From Gammaproteobacteria bacterium (GTDB taxonomy: Bacteria; Pseudomonadota; Gammaproteobacteria; UBA5335; SLRW01): DNA of 32,000 nucleotides. The stretch lies in NCBI GenBank assembly GCA_007130745.1, contig SLRW01000028.1, positions 2,334 through 34,333 of the forward strand. The letters are read 5' to 3'. The translations under genes and the position numbers were made by a program. Shown piece by piece: positions 16,336 through 25,067 of this stretch. Under the pieces are notes generated by a model. That model was not told the origin of the DNA and did no database searches. It was given only the letters and a program-made list of their open reading frames with translations. Numbering within the stretch: the first letter of the stretch is position 1; each line of letters opens with the position of its first letter.

Positions 16336-18501
16336 TCAGGAACGGGCTCGAGTCACCCGGATAACGGGCCGCATGGCGTGCATGCGACGCATGATGCGGG
16401 CAAGGTGACGACGATCCCGAACCATAATCACAAAACTCAGCACCGAGGTACTGCCGTAGCGATCCTCGGCCTCTACATGCTCGATATTGGCCTCCAGGCG
16501 CGAAATCTCCGCCGCCAGCGTGGCCAGCACTCCGCGTTCGTTAGCCACCTCCAGACGAATTTCGACCGGGAACTCGCGCTGCACGCTGTCCGCCCACTGC
16601 ACATCAATCCACTTGTCCGGATGTTTGCGGAAACCCGCCAGATTGCGGCAGTTGGCCGTATGCACGACGATGCCACGACCAACGCTGAGATAACCCAGGA
16701 TAGGGTCTCCCGGAATTGGCCGACAACAACGAGCAAAATTCAGCACCATGCCCTCGGTACCACGAATGGCCAATGGTTGACGGTCGCGGTCCGCGGACGT
16801 TTCATTATCAGCGCCAGGCACCAGTCGCCTGGCCACCAGCGGCGCCATCAACTCACCCAGGCCGACTTTCTGCCACAGATCGTCAAGGCTCGCGCAATCC
16901 AGCTCCTCCAGCAAGCGGTCACGGCGCTCGGCATCAATGTCATCTACTTTCATGCTGAATGCGGTGAGCGCGGTCTCCACCAGTCGGCGCCCCAGTGCCT
17001 GAGCCTCGTGGTCGTGCAGATTCTTGAGGTAATGACGAATATTGGCACGACTGCGGGCGGTAACCACAAAATTCAGCCAGCCCGGGTTGGGTTTGGCCGA
17101 AGACGCGGTGATTACTTCCACGGTCTGGCCGTTGGCAAGCTGAGTGCTCAGGGGCACCAGTCGCCGATCCACCTTGACCGCCACGCAGGTATTGCCCACA
17201 TCGGTATGCACCGCATAGGCGAAATCCACCGCCGTGGCCCCGCGCGGCAAGCGTTTGATGGCACCATCGGGGGTAAATACGTAGATTTCATCGGGGAACA
17301 GGTCAACCTTTACGTTTTCCAGAAACTCCAGCGAATTGCCGGCGCGTTTCTGCATTTCAAGGATGTTCTGCAGCCACTCCCGCGCGCGTGCGTGCGGGGT
17401 GCCGCCCTGTTCCCCTTCCTTGTATTTCCAGTGCGCGGCCACCCCCGCCTCGGCCAGCAAATCCATTTCATGGGTGCGTATCTGCACCTCGATCGGGACC
17501 CCGTGCGGACCAAACAGCACGGTATGCAGCGACTGGTAGCCATTAGCCTTGGGAATGGCGATGTAGTCCTTGAAGCGGCCGGGCACCGGCTTGTAGACGT
17601 TGTGCACTACGCCCAGGGTGCGATAGCAGGCATCCACCCGATCCACCATGATTCTGAAGGCGTAAACATCAAACACTTCCGAAAAGGACAGCTCCTTGTT
17701 ACGCATCTTCTGGTAGAGGCTGTAGAGGTGTTTTTCCCGGCCCACCACGGTGGCCTCGATCCCTTCGTGCGCCAGCGCCTCACTCAACGCCTGGTGGATC
17801 TGGCCGATAATCTCGCGCCGATTACCGCGAGCCCGGCGCAGCGAGTCGGCGAGCACCCGGAAACGCACTGGATACAAAGCAGCAAAAGCAAGATCTTCCA
17901 GCTCCACCAGCAAGCGGTTCATGCCCAGACGATGGGCAATAGGGGCATAGATATCGAGGGTTTCGCGAGCGATACGCCGGCGCTTTTCGGCCCGCATCAC
18001 ACCCAGCGTGCGCATGTTATGCAAACGATCGGCCAGCTTGATGAGGATCACCCGGATATCCTCAACCATTGCCAGCATCATCTTGCGGAAACTTTCGGCC
18101 TGGGCCTCGGCCTTGGACTTGGCATTGATCTGGGTGAGCTTGCTGACCCCGTCTACCAACAACGCCACCTCATCGCCAAAGGCCTCGGCGATCTGCTCCT
18201 TGGCAGTGGGGGTGTCTTCTATGACGTCATGCAACAACGCGGCGACGATAGTGTCGCGATCCAGACGCATACCGGCGAGGATGCGGGCGACGGCCACGGG
18301 ATGAAAAATATAGGGTTCGCCGGACATGCGGCGCTGGCCTTCGTGAGCCGAAGCGCCGAATTCATAGGCACGGCGCACGTCGTCAACCTGGGTCGGCGAC
18401 ATATACTCGCCCAGCAGGGCCAGCAACTCTTCCGGTCCGTTTTCGGGCTCCCGTCGACTCAGCTGGTCGTGCAGGGTCTCGGTGGCCAGTGTGGATGCCA
18501 T
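16336..18501 (-). CDS. spoT: bifunctional (p)ppGpp synthetase/hydrolase SpoT
   Basis: 721 aa from ATG 18501. HD hydrolase (HPVAVARILA...LLHDVIEDT), synthetase (YQSLHTVL...EVQIRTHEMD), and TGS and ACT regions. The 117 extra N-terminal codons in the track ORF overlap rpoZ out of frame and are Arg/Pro junk. Confidence 0.95.
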   Translation of the reverse strand: MASTLATETLHDQLSRREPENGPEELLALLGEYMSPTQVDDVRRAYEFGASAHEGQRRMSGEPYIFHPVAVARILAGMRLDRDTIVAALLHDVIEDTPTAKEQIAEAFGDEVALLVDGVSKLTQINAKSKAEAQAESFRKMMLAMVEDIRVILIKLADRLHNMRTLGVMRAEKRRRIARETLDIYAPIAHRLGMNRLLVELEDLAFAALYPVRFRVLADSLRRARGNRREIIGQIHQALSEALAHEGIEATVVGREKHLYSLYQKMRNKELSFSEVFDVYAFRIMVDRVDACYRTLGVVHNVYKPVPGRFKDYIAIPKANGYQSLHTVLFGPHGVPIEVQIRTHEMDLLAEAGVAAHWKYKEGEQGGTPHARAREWLQNILEMQKRAGNSLEFLENVKVDLFPDEIYVFTPDGAIKRLPRGATAVDFAYAVHTDVGNTCVAVKVDRRLVPLSTQLANGQTVEVITASSAKPNPGWLNFVVTARSRANIRHYLKNLHDHEAQALGRRLVETALTAFSMKVDDIDAERRDRLLEELDCASLDDLWQKVGLGELMAPLVARRLVPGADNETSADRDRQPLAIRGTEGMVLNFARCCRPIPGDPILGYLSVGRGIVVHTANCRNLAGFRKHPDKWIDVQWADSVQREFPVEIRLEVANERGVLATLAAEISRLEANIEHVEAEDRYGSTSVLSFVIMVRDRRHLARIMRRMHAMRPVIRVTRARS

Positions 18502-18574
18502 TTTACTGCCTGCACTCCCGGCCTGTACGGGCCTGGTTCCAACCCCCCGACGGGGCGCCCGGGGCGTGGCGGAT

Positions 18575-19009
18575 TCAGCTGCTCTTTTCCTCCGCATCGT
18601 CTTCATCCGCGGCCGCTTTATCGGCGGCAGCTGCAGGAGCCTCCTGCGGGACGGCGGCCGTCTCGCTGTCAGCCTCAGCCGCCTTTGCGGCCGTGGCTTC
18701 GGTCGGCACAGCAGCTTCATTTTCGGCCTGACCGGCGACTTCGGGTTGCGTCTCGAAATGACGCTCACGCATGGCGGCTTCCTCAGCAGCATGGATAGCC
18801 TCGGCCTGTTCAATCTCGTCCAGCACGCTGGCATCCACATGGCCGCCGGCAATCTCCCGCAGCGCCATCACCGTGGGCTTGTCATTTCCCCACTCAAGAT
18901 GCGCTTCGTGCCCGCGTGCCAACTGACGGGCACGGCGACTGGCCACCAGCACCAGTTCAAAGCGGTTTTTCATTGAAGCGAGGCAATCTTCTACGGTAAC
19001 GCGTGCCAT
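18575..19009 (-). CDS. rpoZ: DNA-directed RNA polymerase subunit omega with a ~50-aa Ala/Glu/Asp-rich C-terminal extension
   Basis: [10 protein letters not shown]...[16 protein letters not shown]...[13 protein letters not shown] is the omega core. The tail is [53 protein letters not shown]. Confidence 0.9.
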   Translation of the reverse strand: MARVTVEDCLASMKNRFELVLVASRRARQLARGHEAHLEWGNDKPTVMALREIAGGHVDASVLDEIEQAEAIHAAEEAAMRERHFETQPEVAGQAENEAAVPTEATAAKAAEADSETAAVPQEAPAAAADKAAADEDDAEEKSS

Positions 19010-19161
19010 TTTGCGGAAACTCCTGATTCAGCGATTTAACTTACCCCTGTCATGGTAACCCAGACAAGTGAATAAAGCAGCCTTCTGATGCACTTGCACA
19101 CGTGCAACCGGGACATTGTGAGCCACTTTATGTGGCAACACGCGTCTGGCGCCGGGGCTAA

Positions 19162-19836
19162 TCAGCGCCCGCTCAGAATATCCGGCCCGAAAGGCTGACT
19201 GACACCCAGATCCGCAAGCAACGCGGCATGCCGGGCGGCCTGGGCCGCACTGCGCAGCCGTCGGCCTCGCACCAGCGCCGCCAGATCATCCAGTGCCTGA
19301 TCAAAATCGTCGTTGACGATGACATATTCAAATTCCTGCCAGTGCGACATTTCGGCCTCGGCCTCGGCCAGTCGCTGGCGGATCACCTCGACGCTGTCCT
19401 TGCCGCGGCCATGCAGCCGTCGCTCCAGCGCCTCGCGGGAGGGCGGCAGGATAAAAATACTTACACTCTCGGGCATATGCCGGCGCACCTGGCCGGCCCC
19501 CTGCCAGTCGATTTCAAGGATCACATCCTGCCCGACCTGCAGCCGTTGCTCGACCTCATCCCGACTGGTGCCATAGTAATTACCGAACACCTCCGCATGT
19601 TCCAGGAACTCACCGGCGGCCACCCGCTGCTCAAAGCCGGCGTGATCCACAAAGTGATAATCCACGCCGTCACGCTCTCCTTCGCGTCTTGGCCGGGTGG
19701 TGCAGGAGACTGAAAACTGAAGATTGCTGCAGCGCTCCAGCAAGGCCCGGACCAGACTGGTCTTGCCAGCGCCGGAAGGCGCCGAGATCACAAACAGCGA
19801 ACCCCGCACCGCTTCCCCCGCCACCTTATTCGACAT
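19162..19836 (-). CDS. gmk: guanylate kinase
   Basis: LFVISAPSGAGKTSLVRALL (P-loop), SVSCTTRPRREGERDGVDYHFV and NYYGTS. ATG 19836 overlaps the yicC 3' end by 11 nt. Confidence 0.95.
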   Translation of the reverse strand: MSNKVAGEAVRGSLFVISAPSGAGKTSLVRALLERCSNLQFSVSCTTRPRREGERDGVDYHFVDHAGFEQRVAAGEFLEHAEVFGNYYGTSRDEVEQRLQVGQDVILEIDWQGAGQVRRHMPESVSIFILPPSREALERRLHGRGKDSVEVIRQRLAEAEAEMSHWQEFEYVIVNDDFDQALDDLAALVRGRRLRSAAQAARHAALLADLGVSQPFGPDILSGR

Positions 19837-20695
19837 TCTGCACCTGTTCCCGCATCTGTTCTATCAACACTTTCAGCTCCACTGCCGCACTGGTCATGGC
19901 CGTATCCTGGGACTTTGATGACAGGGTATTGGCCTCACGGTTGAATTCCTGGAGCAGGAAATCCAGCCGCCGCCCCACGGCCTCATCGCGGCCCAGCGCC
20001 TGCCTGAATTCGGTCACGTGACTATCCAGACGGTCCAGCTCCTCGGCCACATCCAGCTTCTGGGCAAGCAATACCAGCTCCTGCTCCAGACGGTCATTCT
20101 CCGGCGCGGCCTGCAGCTCATCCAAACGCGCCTGCAAGCGGGTACGCTGGTTCTCCAGCACTTCCGGCAAGCGCTGGCGCACCCCGGCAACCCGCTGCGC
20201 TATCGCCCCCAGCCGTTCTTCAAGCATGGCATGGATGCGTGCGCCCTCATCGGCCCGGGTCGCCGTCAGGGCCGCCAGAGCTTCATCCAGCGCCTCGGTG
20301 GCTGCCGCTTGCACCGCAGTCAGGTCCGTTTGTGGCTCACGCACCACCCCCGGCCAACGCAACACCTCCAGCGGGCTCACGGGTGCCGCCTGCGTCAACT
20401 GCTCGCCGACCTCCCGGCTCAAATCTACAAGCGCTGCCAGCGCCTGGTGATCAACTTCCAGCGCACCGGCATGGGCAGCCGGCGGCGCCAGTCGCAGCTG
20501 GACGTCGAGCTTGCCCCGACGCAAGCCGGCGCCGGCCATACGCTGGCGCAGCGCGGCTTCATGCGCACGTAATTCCTCTGGCAAGCGCAGACTGATATCC
20601 AGATACCGGTGGTTGACCGAACGCAACTCCCAGTGCAGCGCGCCCCAGTCGCCCTGCCGCTCGACCCGGGCAAAACCGGTCATGCTGCGAATCAT
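19826..20695 (-). CDS. yicC: YicC-family stress-induced protein (putative endoribonuclease)
   Basis: MIRSMTGFARVE...WELRSVNHRYLDISLRLPE...RLDFLLQEFNREANTLSSKS...ELKVLIEQMREQVQNVE. Confidence 0.9.
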   Translation of the reverse strand: MIRSMTGFARVERQGDWGALHWELRSVNHRYLDISLRLPEELRAHEAALRQRMAGAGLRRGKLDVQLRLAPPAAHAGALEVDHQALAALVDLSREVGEQLTQAAPVSPLEVLRWPGVVREPQTDLTAVQAAATEALDEALAALTATRADEGARIHAMLEERLGAIAQRVAGVRQRLPEVLENQRTRLQARLDELQAAPENDRLEQELVLLAQKLDVAEELDRLDSHVTEFRQALGRDEAVGRRLDFLLQEFNREANTLSSKSQDTAMTSAAVELKVLIEQMREQVQNVE

Positions 20696-20855
20696 GCCTT
20701 CCCCCTGCCATACTCCAGAGCGCAGATGGTACGTCGAAATGCACCACCACTGGAAGCCGGGGCAGGACTGGTATACTGCCGCGCATCCAGGGAAACACTG
20801 ACGAGACGACGAACAGATCAGCGTTTCCCTTCATTCCCTGCAACCGGAGTATTTC

Positions 20856-21584
20856 ATGCGACCCAGTGGCCGTACACCTGATCAACTGCGCTCCATCGAT
20901 CTTCAGCGCCATTACACACGACATGCCGAAGGTTCGGTCTTGTGCAGCTTTGGTAACACCCGGGTGTTGTGCACCGCCAGCGTCAGCGAGCGTGTCCCCG
21001 CTTTCCTGCGCGGCAAGAGCTCGGGCTGGGTCACGGCAGAATACGGCATGCTGCCCCGCTCCACGCATACCCGCATGGACCGCGAAGCCAGCCGCGGCAA
21101 ACAGGGTGGGCGCACACTTGAAATCCAGCGGCTGATCGGCCGTTCCCTACGCGCGGTCACCGATCTGGAAGCGCTGGGTGAACGCACCATCACCCTGGAT
21201 TGTGATGTGATCCAGGCCGATGGCGGCACCCGCACAGCCGCAATTACCGGCGCCTGGGTGGCGCTGGCCGACGCCGTGCAAGCCCTGCTCAAGGCCGGCG
21301 ATATCAAACGCTCTCCACTGCACAGCCAGGTGGCCGCAGTCTCTGTGGGGGTCTACCAGGGCGAACCGGTGCTGGATCTGGATTACGCCGAAGACTCCGA
21401 GGCCGAAACCGACATGAATGTGGTGATGAAAGAAGCCGGCGGCTTTGTGGAAGTCCAGGGGACCGCCGAAGGCCACGCCTTCCGCCGCGACGAACTCGAC
21501 CACATGCTGGATCTGGCGCATCAGGGGATTGAGCAGTTGATGGTTCATCAGAGCAACGCCCTGGACGCGGGCAACGGCACATGA
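20856..21584 (+). CDS. rph: ribonuclease PH
   Basis: [12 protein letters not shown]...[21 protein letters not shown]...[17 protein letters not shown]...[19 protein letters not shown]. Confidence 0.95.
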   Translation: MRPSGRTPDQLRSIDLQRHYTRHAEGSVLCSFGNTRVLCTASVSERVPAFLRGKSSGWVTAEYGMLPRSTHTRMDREASRGKQGGRTLEIQRLIGRSLRAVTDLEALGERTITLDCDVIQADGGTRTAAITGAWVALADAVQALLKAGDIKRSPLHSQVAAVSVGVYQGEPVLDLDYAEDSEAETDMNVVMKEAGGFVEVQGTAEGHAFRRDELDHMLDLAHQGIEQLMVHQSNALDAGNGT

Positions 21585-22201
21585 TCGAGCATCAGCCCCA
21601 GCGCGTGGTCGTCGCCACCGGCAATGCCGGCAAGTTGCGCGAGCTGCGGGCATGCCTGGTGGATCTGCCACTGACTCTGGTGCCCCAGGGCGAACTGGAT
21701 GTGCCCGCCGCCGTCGAAGACGGTCTCACTTTTGTTGAAAACGCCCTGATCAAGGCCCGCCATGCCGCGCGCCTCACCGGCCTGCCCGCCCTGGCTGATG
21801 ATTCAGGCATTGAAGTGCCGGCCCTGGACGGGGCACCGGGAATTTATTCAGCGCGCTATGCTGGCGAAGGGGCATCCGATCGCGACAATATCCTGAAACT
21901 GCTGGCTGCCATGCAGGGCCTGCAAAGCCCGCAGCGAGGCGCGCGCTTTCGTTGTGTCATTGTTTTCATGCGCCACGCCGAAGACCCGGTACCGCTGATC
22001 TGTGAGGGCGCCTGGGAGGGTTGTATCACGGACACACCGGGCGGCGAAGGCGGTTTCGGCTATGATCCGGTATTCCGCGTGACTGGCGATGGCCGCACGG
22101 CCGCCGAACTGGCTGCCGAAGAAAAGAACCGCCTGAGCCATCGCGCGATGGCACTACAGCACCTCCGCCGGCGCTTGCAACCTGAAGTCAACGCTGATTA
22201 A
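21581..22201 (+). CDS. rdgB: dITP/XTP pyrophosphatase (non-canonical purine NTP pyrophosphatase)
   Basis: ATGA overlap with rph. [59 protein letters not shown] and [11 protein letters not shown]. Confidence 0.9.
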   Translation: MIEHQPQRVVVATGNAGKLRELRACLVDLPLTLVPQGELDVPAAVEDGLTFVENALIKARHAARLTGLPALADDSGIEVPALDGAPGIYSARYAGEGASDRDNILKLLAAMQGLQSPQRGARFRCVIVFMRHAEDPVPLICEGAWEGCITDTPGGEGGFGYDPVFRVTGDGRTAAELAAEEKNRLSHRAMALQHLRRRLQPEVNAD

Positions 22202-22223
22202 TTCGTCGCGCCAGGCGCTGGCC

Positions 22224-23342
22224 TCATTCGCCGGCCGCTATTTCAGTTTCGCTGCGGCAATCGATGATGTGATCCTCAAACACCGAGCCAATCAGCAAAC
22301 GCCCGTCATGCCAGGCGCCGACACTGGCGCCCGAAAGCAGGGCGCCATCATCCATGAATTCAGTTTCAACCCGGTAGTCGCCTTCATCAAGCCGCACTCG
22401 CACCACCTGCGATGGCGCCAGCACTTCGGGATTGTCCACATAACGCACAAAGGTTAGTAATTTGACATGGCCGCCGATCCACAGATCACCGTCGGCATCC
22501 ACTTCGATATTGTCCACACCGAAGCCCATATCCAGGGTACGCCGGTGTTCCAGCGCGCCACTGTCAGCATCCCGGATATATTCACGCAGTGTGCCCCGGG
22601 TAGTTTCCGCCACATACACCCGGCGACCATCGGCAGACATATTGATGCCATTGGCAAAAGTCAGTCCGTCGAGCACCTCGACCAACTCCTCGCCATCAAA
22701 ATAAACCACGCTGGCCCAGGGCAGGCGCAAATAGTCTTCCAGTTCACGCCGCCAGCCCGGGCGGGTGCCGTGATCGTTGGTGAAGTAAAAACGTTCAGCA
22801 TCCACTGCCACCACATCATTCGGGCTGATCATTAGTGGCCCGCTGACGGTCCGTCTATGCACCAGCTCCCCGCCCTCAATATCAAAAATCTCCACCGTAT
22901 GCGCTGGTCCCGTTTGTCCTTCAGGCGCGCCAAACAACGATTCCCCCGGATGATTGACCACAAACAACACTTCCTGCCCGTCCTCACCGACAAACAGATC
23001 AATGCCATGCGGCCGGAAATCGACCCCGGCCTGCGGTGTCAGGTTGACCGGCCGGGCCTGCGGTTCATCCAGCGCGTAGGAAAAAATGGCCCCCGGTATC
23101 GGCTCGCCACGCATCACGGAGCGCCGATCATCACTGGAAATATAGGCCAGATGCCCACGCGGGTGAATGGTGATGTCCTCGCCTCCCGGCATCCCCGGCA
23201 CCGCCACACACTCCCCGGGGTGCAAATTCTGCACCTGGCGAAATTCTCCCATTTCCGCGGCCAGCCACAATCCCCAGGCCAGCACCAGCGCAATCACAAT
23301 GCCGGCGCCAACCAGCAACCTGCTTACGAGTTTGCTCCACAC
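22224..23342 (-). CDS. paraoxonase (PON)/arylesterase-family six-blade beta-propeller lactonase-like protein with an N-terminal membrane anchor
   Basis: Collinear with mammalian PON1 as I recall it: GGEDI (PON1 GSEDL), FRPHGID (FNPHGIS), LFVVNHP, TVEIF, NDVVAV...FYFTNDH, FANGINMSADGRRVYVAE (FANGINISPDGKYVYIAE), VDNIEVDADGDLWIGGH (VDNISVDPETGDLWVGCH) and DGRLLIGSVF. N-terminal hydrophobic helix LLVGAGIVIALVLAWGLWLAA. Start is GTG 23342 (SD GGGGGA) or TTG 23363. Confidence 0.8.
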   Translation of the reverse strand: MWSKLVSRLLVGAGIVIALVLAWGLWLAAEMGEFRQVQNLHPGECVAVPGMPGGEDITIHPRGHLAYISSDDRRSVMRGEPIPGAIFSYALDEPQARPVNLTPQAGVDFRPHGIDLFVGEDGQEVLFVVNHPGESLFGAPEGQTGPAHTVEIFDIEGGELVHRRTVSGPLMISPNDVVAVDAERFYFTNDHGTRPGWRRELEDYLRLPWASVVYFDGEELVEVLDGLTFANGINMSADGRRVYVAETTRGTLREYIRDADSGALEHRRTLDMGFGVDNIEVDADGDLWIGGHVKLLTFVRYVDNPEVLAPSQVVRVRLDEGDYRVETEFMDDGALLSGASVGAWHDGRLLIGSVFEDHIIDCRSETEIAAGE

Positions 23343-23427
23343 GATTGCATCCCCCCGCGTCAACCTCGCCCGCTATTGATCATTAATGGTCCCCGTACGG
23401 GCGTACGTCACTGTGTAGAATGTGCCA

Positions 23428-24627
23428 ATGCTCGAAACCAGCACCGCACAAAGCACTCAGCCCGCAATGGCGACCCCGCCACTGGCATTGTATATCCACC
23501 TGCCCTGGTGTGTACGCAAATGCCCCTACTGCGATTTCAACTCCCACGAGCGTCGCGGCCCCCTGCCGGAAAAGGCCTATGTCGACGCCTTGCTGGAAGA
23601 TCTGGCGCATGACCTGGATATCTCCGGCGCACCGCGCGAGCTGGTGTCTATTTTCATCGGCGGCGGGACCCCCAGCCTGTTCTCACCCGAGGCCATTTCC
23701 CGGCTACTTGAAGGTATCGCTGCCCGGGTAGCGTTGCCGACGGAAATCACGCTGGAAGCCAACCCCGGCAGCCTTGAGACCAGCCGCTTTGGCGCCCTGC
23801 GCGAAGCAGGTGTCACGCGGCTGTCGCTGGGTGTACAGAGCTTTAACGATAACCATCTGCGCGATCTGGGGCGCATCCATGACGGCACGGCAGCCAGGCG
23901 TGCCGCCGAAGCGGCTTTTGATGCCGGCTTCGACCGCCTCAATCTGGACCTGATGTTCGGTCTGCCGAAACAGCGCCTGAACGACGCCTTGCAGGACATC
24001 GACACCGCTCTGGCGCTGGGCGCGGAGCATATCTCCCACTACCAGTTGACCCTTGAACCCAACACACTGTTCTACCGCCGTCCGCCAACGCTGCCGGACG
24101 ATGACAGCATTGCCGAGATGCAGGTGCGTTGCGGTCAGCACTTGCACCGGGCCGGCCTGGTGCAGTACGAGGTATCTGCCTGGAGCCGCCCGGGCCAAAG
24201 CTGCCGGCATAATCTCAACTATTGGCAATACGGGGATTACCTGGGGCTTGGGGCCGGGGCGCACGGCAAGCTGAGTTTTGCCGACGATAAACGCATCATA
24301 CGCTACCGCCGCCATCGTATACCCGAAACCTACCTGCGCCTTGATGCGCCCCGGCGGGTGACCCATCGCCAGGAAGTCTCGCCCCGGGAACGGCCGCTGG
24401 AATTTGCCATGAATGCCCTGCGCCTGAATGACGGTATCAGTCTTGCCCTGTACAACTGTCGTACCGGCTTGCCTGACGACACCCTGCTCGGCCCCTTGCA
24501 GCCGGCCCTGGATCAGGGACTGGCCAAACTGGAAAACGAACAGCTGAGATTGACCACCGAAGGACAATTACATTTGAATCACCTGCTCTTGCCCCTGATT
24601 CCCGATTCGCCCGGGTCAATGCCATGA
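23428..24627 (+). CDS. hemW: radical SAM family heme chaperone HemW (oxygen-independent coproporphyrinogen-III oxidase-like)
   Basis: LALYIHLPWCVRKCPYCDFNSH (CxxxCxxC), IFIGGGTPSL, GVQSFND and NLNYWQYGDYLGLGAGAHG. Start is ATG 23428, GTG 23422 or ATG 23467. Confidence 0.9.
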   Translation: MLETSTAQSTQPAMATPPLALYIHLPWCVRKCPYCDFNSHERRGPLPEKAYVDALLEDLAHDLDISGAPRELVSIFIGGGTPSLFSPEAISRLLEGIAARVALPTEITLEANPGSLETSRFGALREAGVTRLSLGVQSFNDNHLRDLGRIHDGTAARRAAEAAFDAGFDRLNLDLMFGLPKQRLNDALQDIDTALALGAEHISHYQLTLEPNTLFYRRPPTLPDDDSIAEMQVRCGQHLHRAGLVQYEVSAWSRPGQSCRHNLNYWQYGDYLGLGAGAHGKLSFADDKRIIRYRRHRIPETYLRLDAPRRVTHRQEVSPRERPLEFAMNALRLNDGISLALYNCRTGLPDDTLLGPLQPALDQGLAKLENEQLRLTTEGQLHLNHLLLPLIPDSPGSMP

Positions 24628-24818
24628 GCCTGTCCGGACACACCACCTCGACCTGCCCCTATTGCGCCGAGATCATTGAGTTACCCCTGGATCCGGACCA
24701 GCCAGCAAGCACCCTGATTGAGGACTGCCCGGTGTGCTGCCGGCCGATGCAGGTCCGCATCCACATTAATGACTACGGCGAACCGACAATTGCCGCAATC
24801 TTTAGAGATGATGATTAG
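24624..24818 (+). CDS. CPXCG-motif cysteine-rich (zinc-ribbon-like) small protein
   Basis: 64 aa. ATGA overlap with hemW. CPYCAE ... CPVCCRP spacing is typical of the CPXCG family; acidic C-terminus. Confidence 0.75.
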   Translation: MSLSGHTTSTCPYCAEIIELPLDPDQPASTLIEDCPVCCRPMQVRIHINDYGEPTIAAIFRDDD

Positions 24819-24862
24819 GAGACACTGGAGATGTGGCGAATAGATCGGCGTTTCACCGGGTT

Positions 24863-24885
24863 GTCCTGCACAGGACTTATGCACA
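24863..24885 (+). promoter_or_regulatory. 14-bp perfect palindrome GTCCTGCACAGGAC abutting a consensus DnaA box TTATGCACA
   Basis: 24863-24876 is self-complementary. 24877-24885 matches TTATNCACA at all fixed positions. Confidence 0.5.
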
Positions 24886-24950
24886 TCACGCGGACCACGG
24901 CGATCAGGAGCCTTGGGGGACAGCCTTTAATACAGCTCCAGACAAAACCC

Positions 24951-24988
24951 TTCAACTTTTTGATATTTATAAAAATATACAAGATATT
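24951..24988. promoter_or_regulatory. extreme AT-rich tract (5 G/C in 38 nt) with an IHF-core-like TCAAnnnnTTG, an ATATTT/AAATAT palindrome and a candidate sigma70 promoter
   Basis: ttcaactttttgatatttataaaaatatacaagatatt. TTGATA (24960-65), 17-nt spacer, GATATT (24983-88), oriented toward rpmE. ATATTT 24963-68 and AAATAT 24973-78 are inverted. Confidence 0.4.
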
Positions 24989-25046
24989 CCCGCCTGCTCA
25001 GGGTGTGCTGCGGGTGCGGACATACTGATGCCCGGCGGCAAACATT

Positions 25047-25067
25047 TCATCCACAGACTTATCCACA
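25047..25067 (+). promoter_or_regulatory. pair of directly repeated DnaA boxes (TCATCCACA and TTATCCACA), 12 bp start-to-start
   Basis: 25059-25067 is the perfect high-affinity 9-mer TTATCCACA. 25047-25055 differs at one position. Both have the same orientation as the 24877 box. Confidence 0.5.

Noticed and set aside
16273-18798. 841-aa plus-strand ORF
   Set aside because: Exactly antisense to spoT. The composition is Gln/His/Arg/Gly-rich junk with no motifs. It is a typical shadow ORF of a high-GC3 gene, and spoT on the opposite strand has unambiguous HD, synthetase, TGS and ACT motifs.
18502-18852. 117-codon N-terminal extension of the spoT ORF
   Set aside because: It overlaps the rpoZ 3' region in another frame and is Arg/Pro-rich nonsense. 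SpoT homology begins right after ATG 18501.
20786-20835. GGGAAAC...GTTTCCC 7-bp stem with ~25-nt loop in the rph leader, and a TATACT -10-like hexamer at 20771
   Set aside because: A short stem with a large loop and no supporting -35. It may be chance in a 160-bp divergent promoter region.
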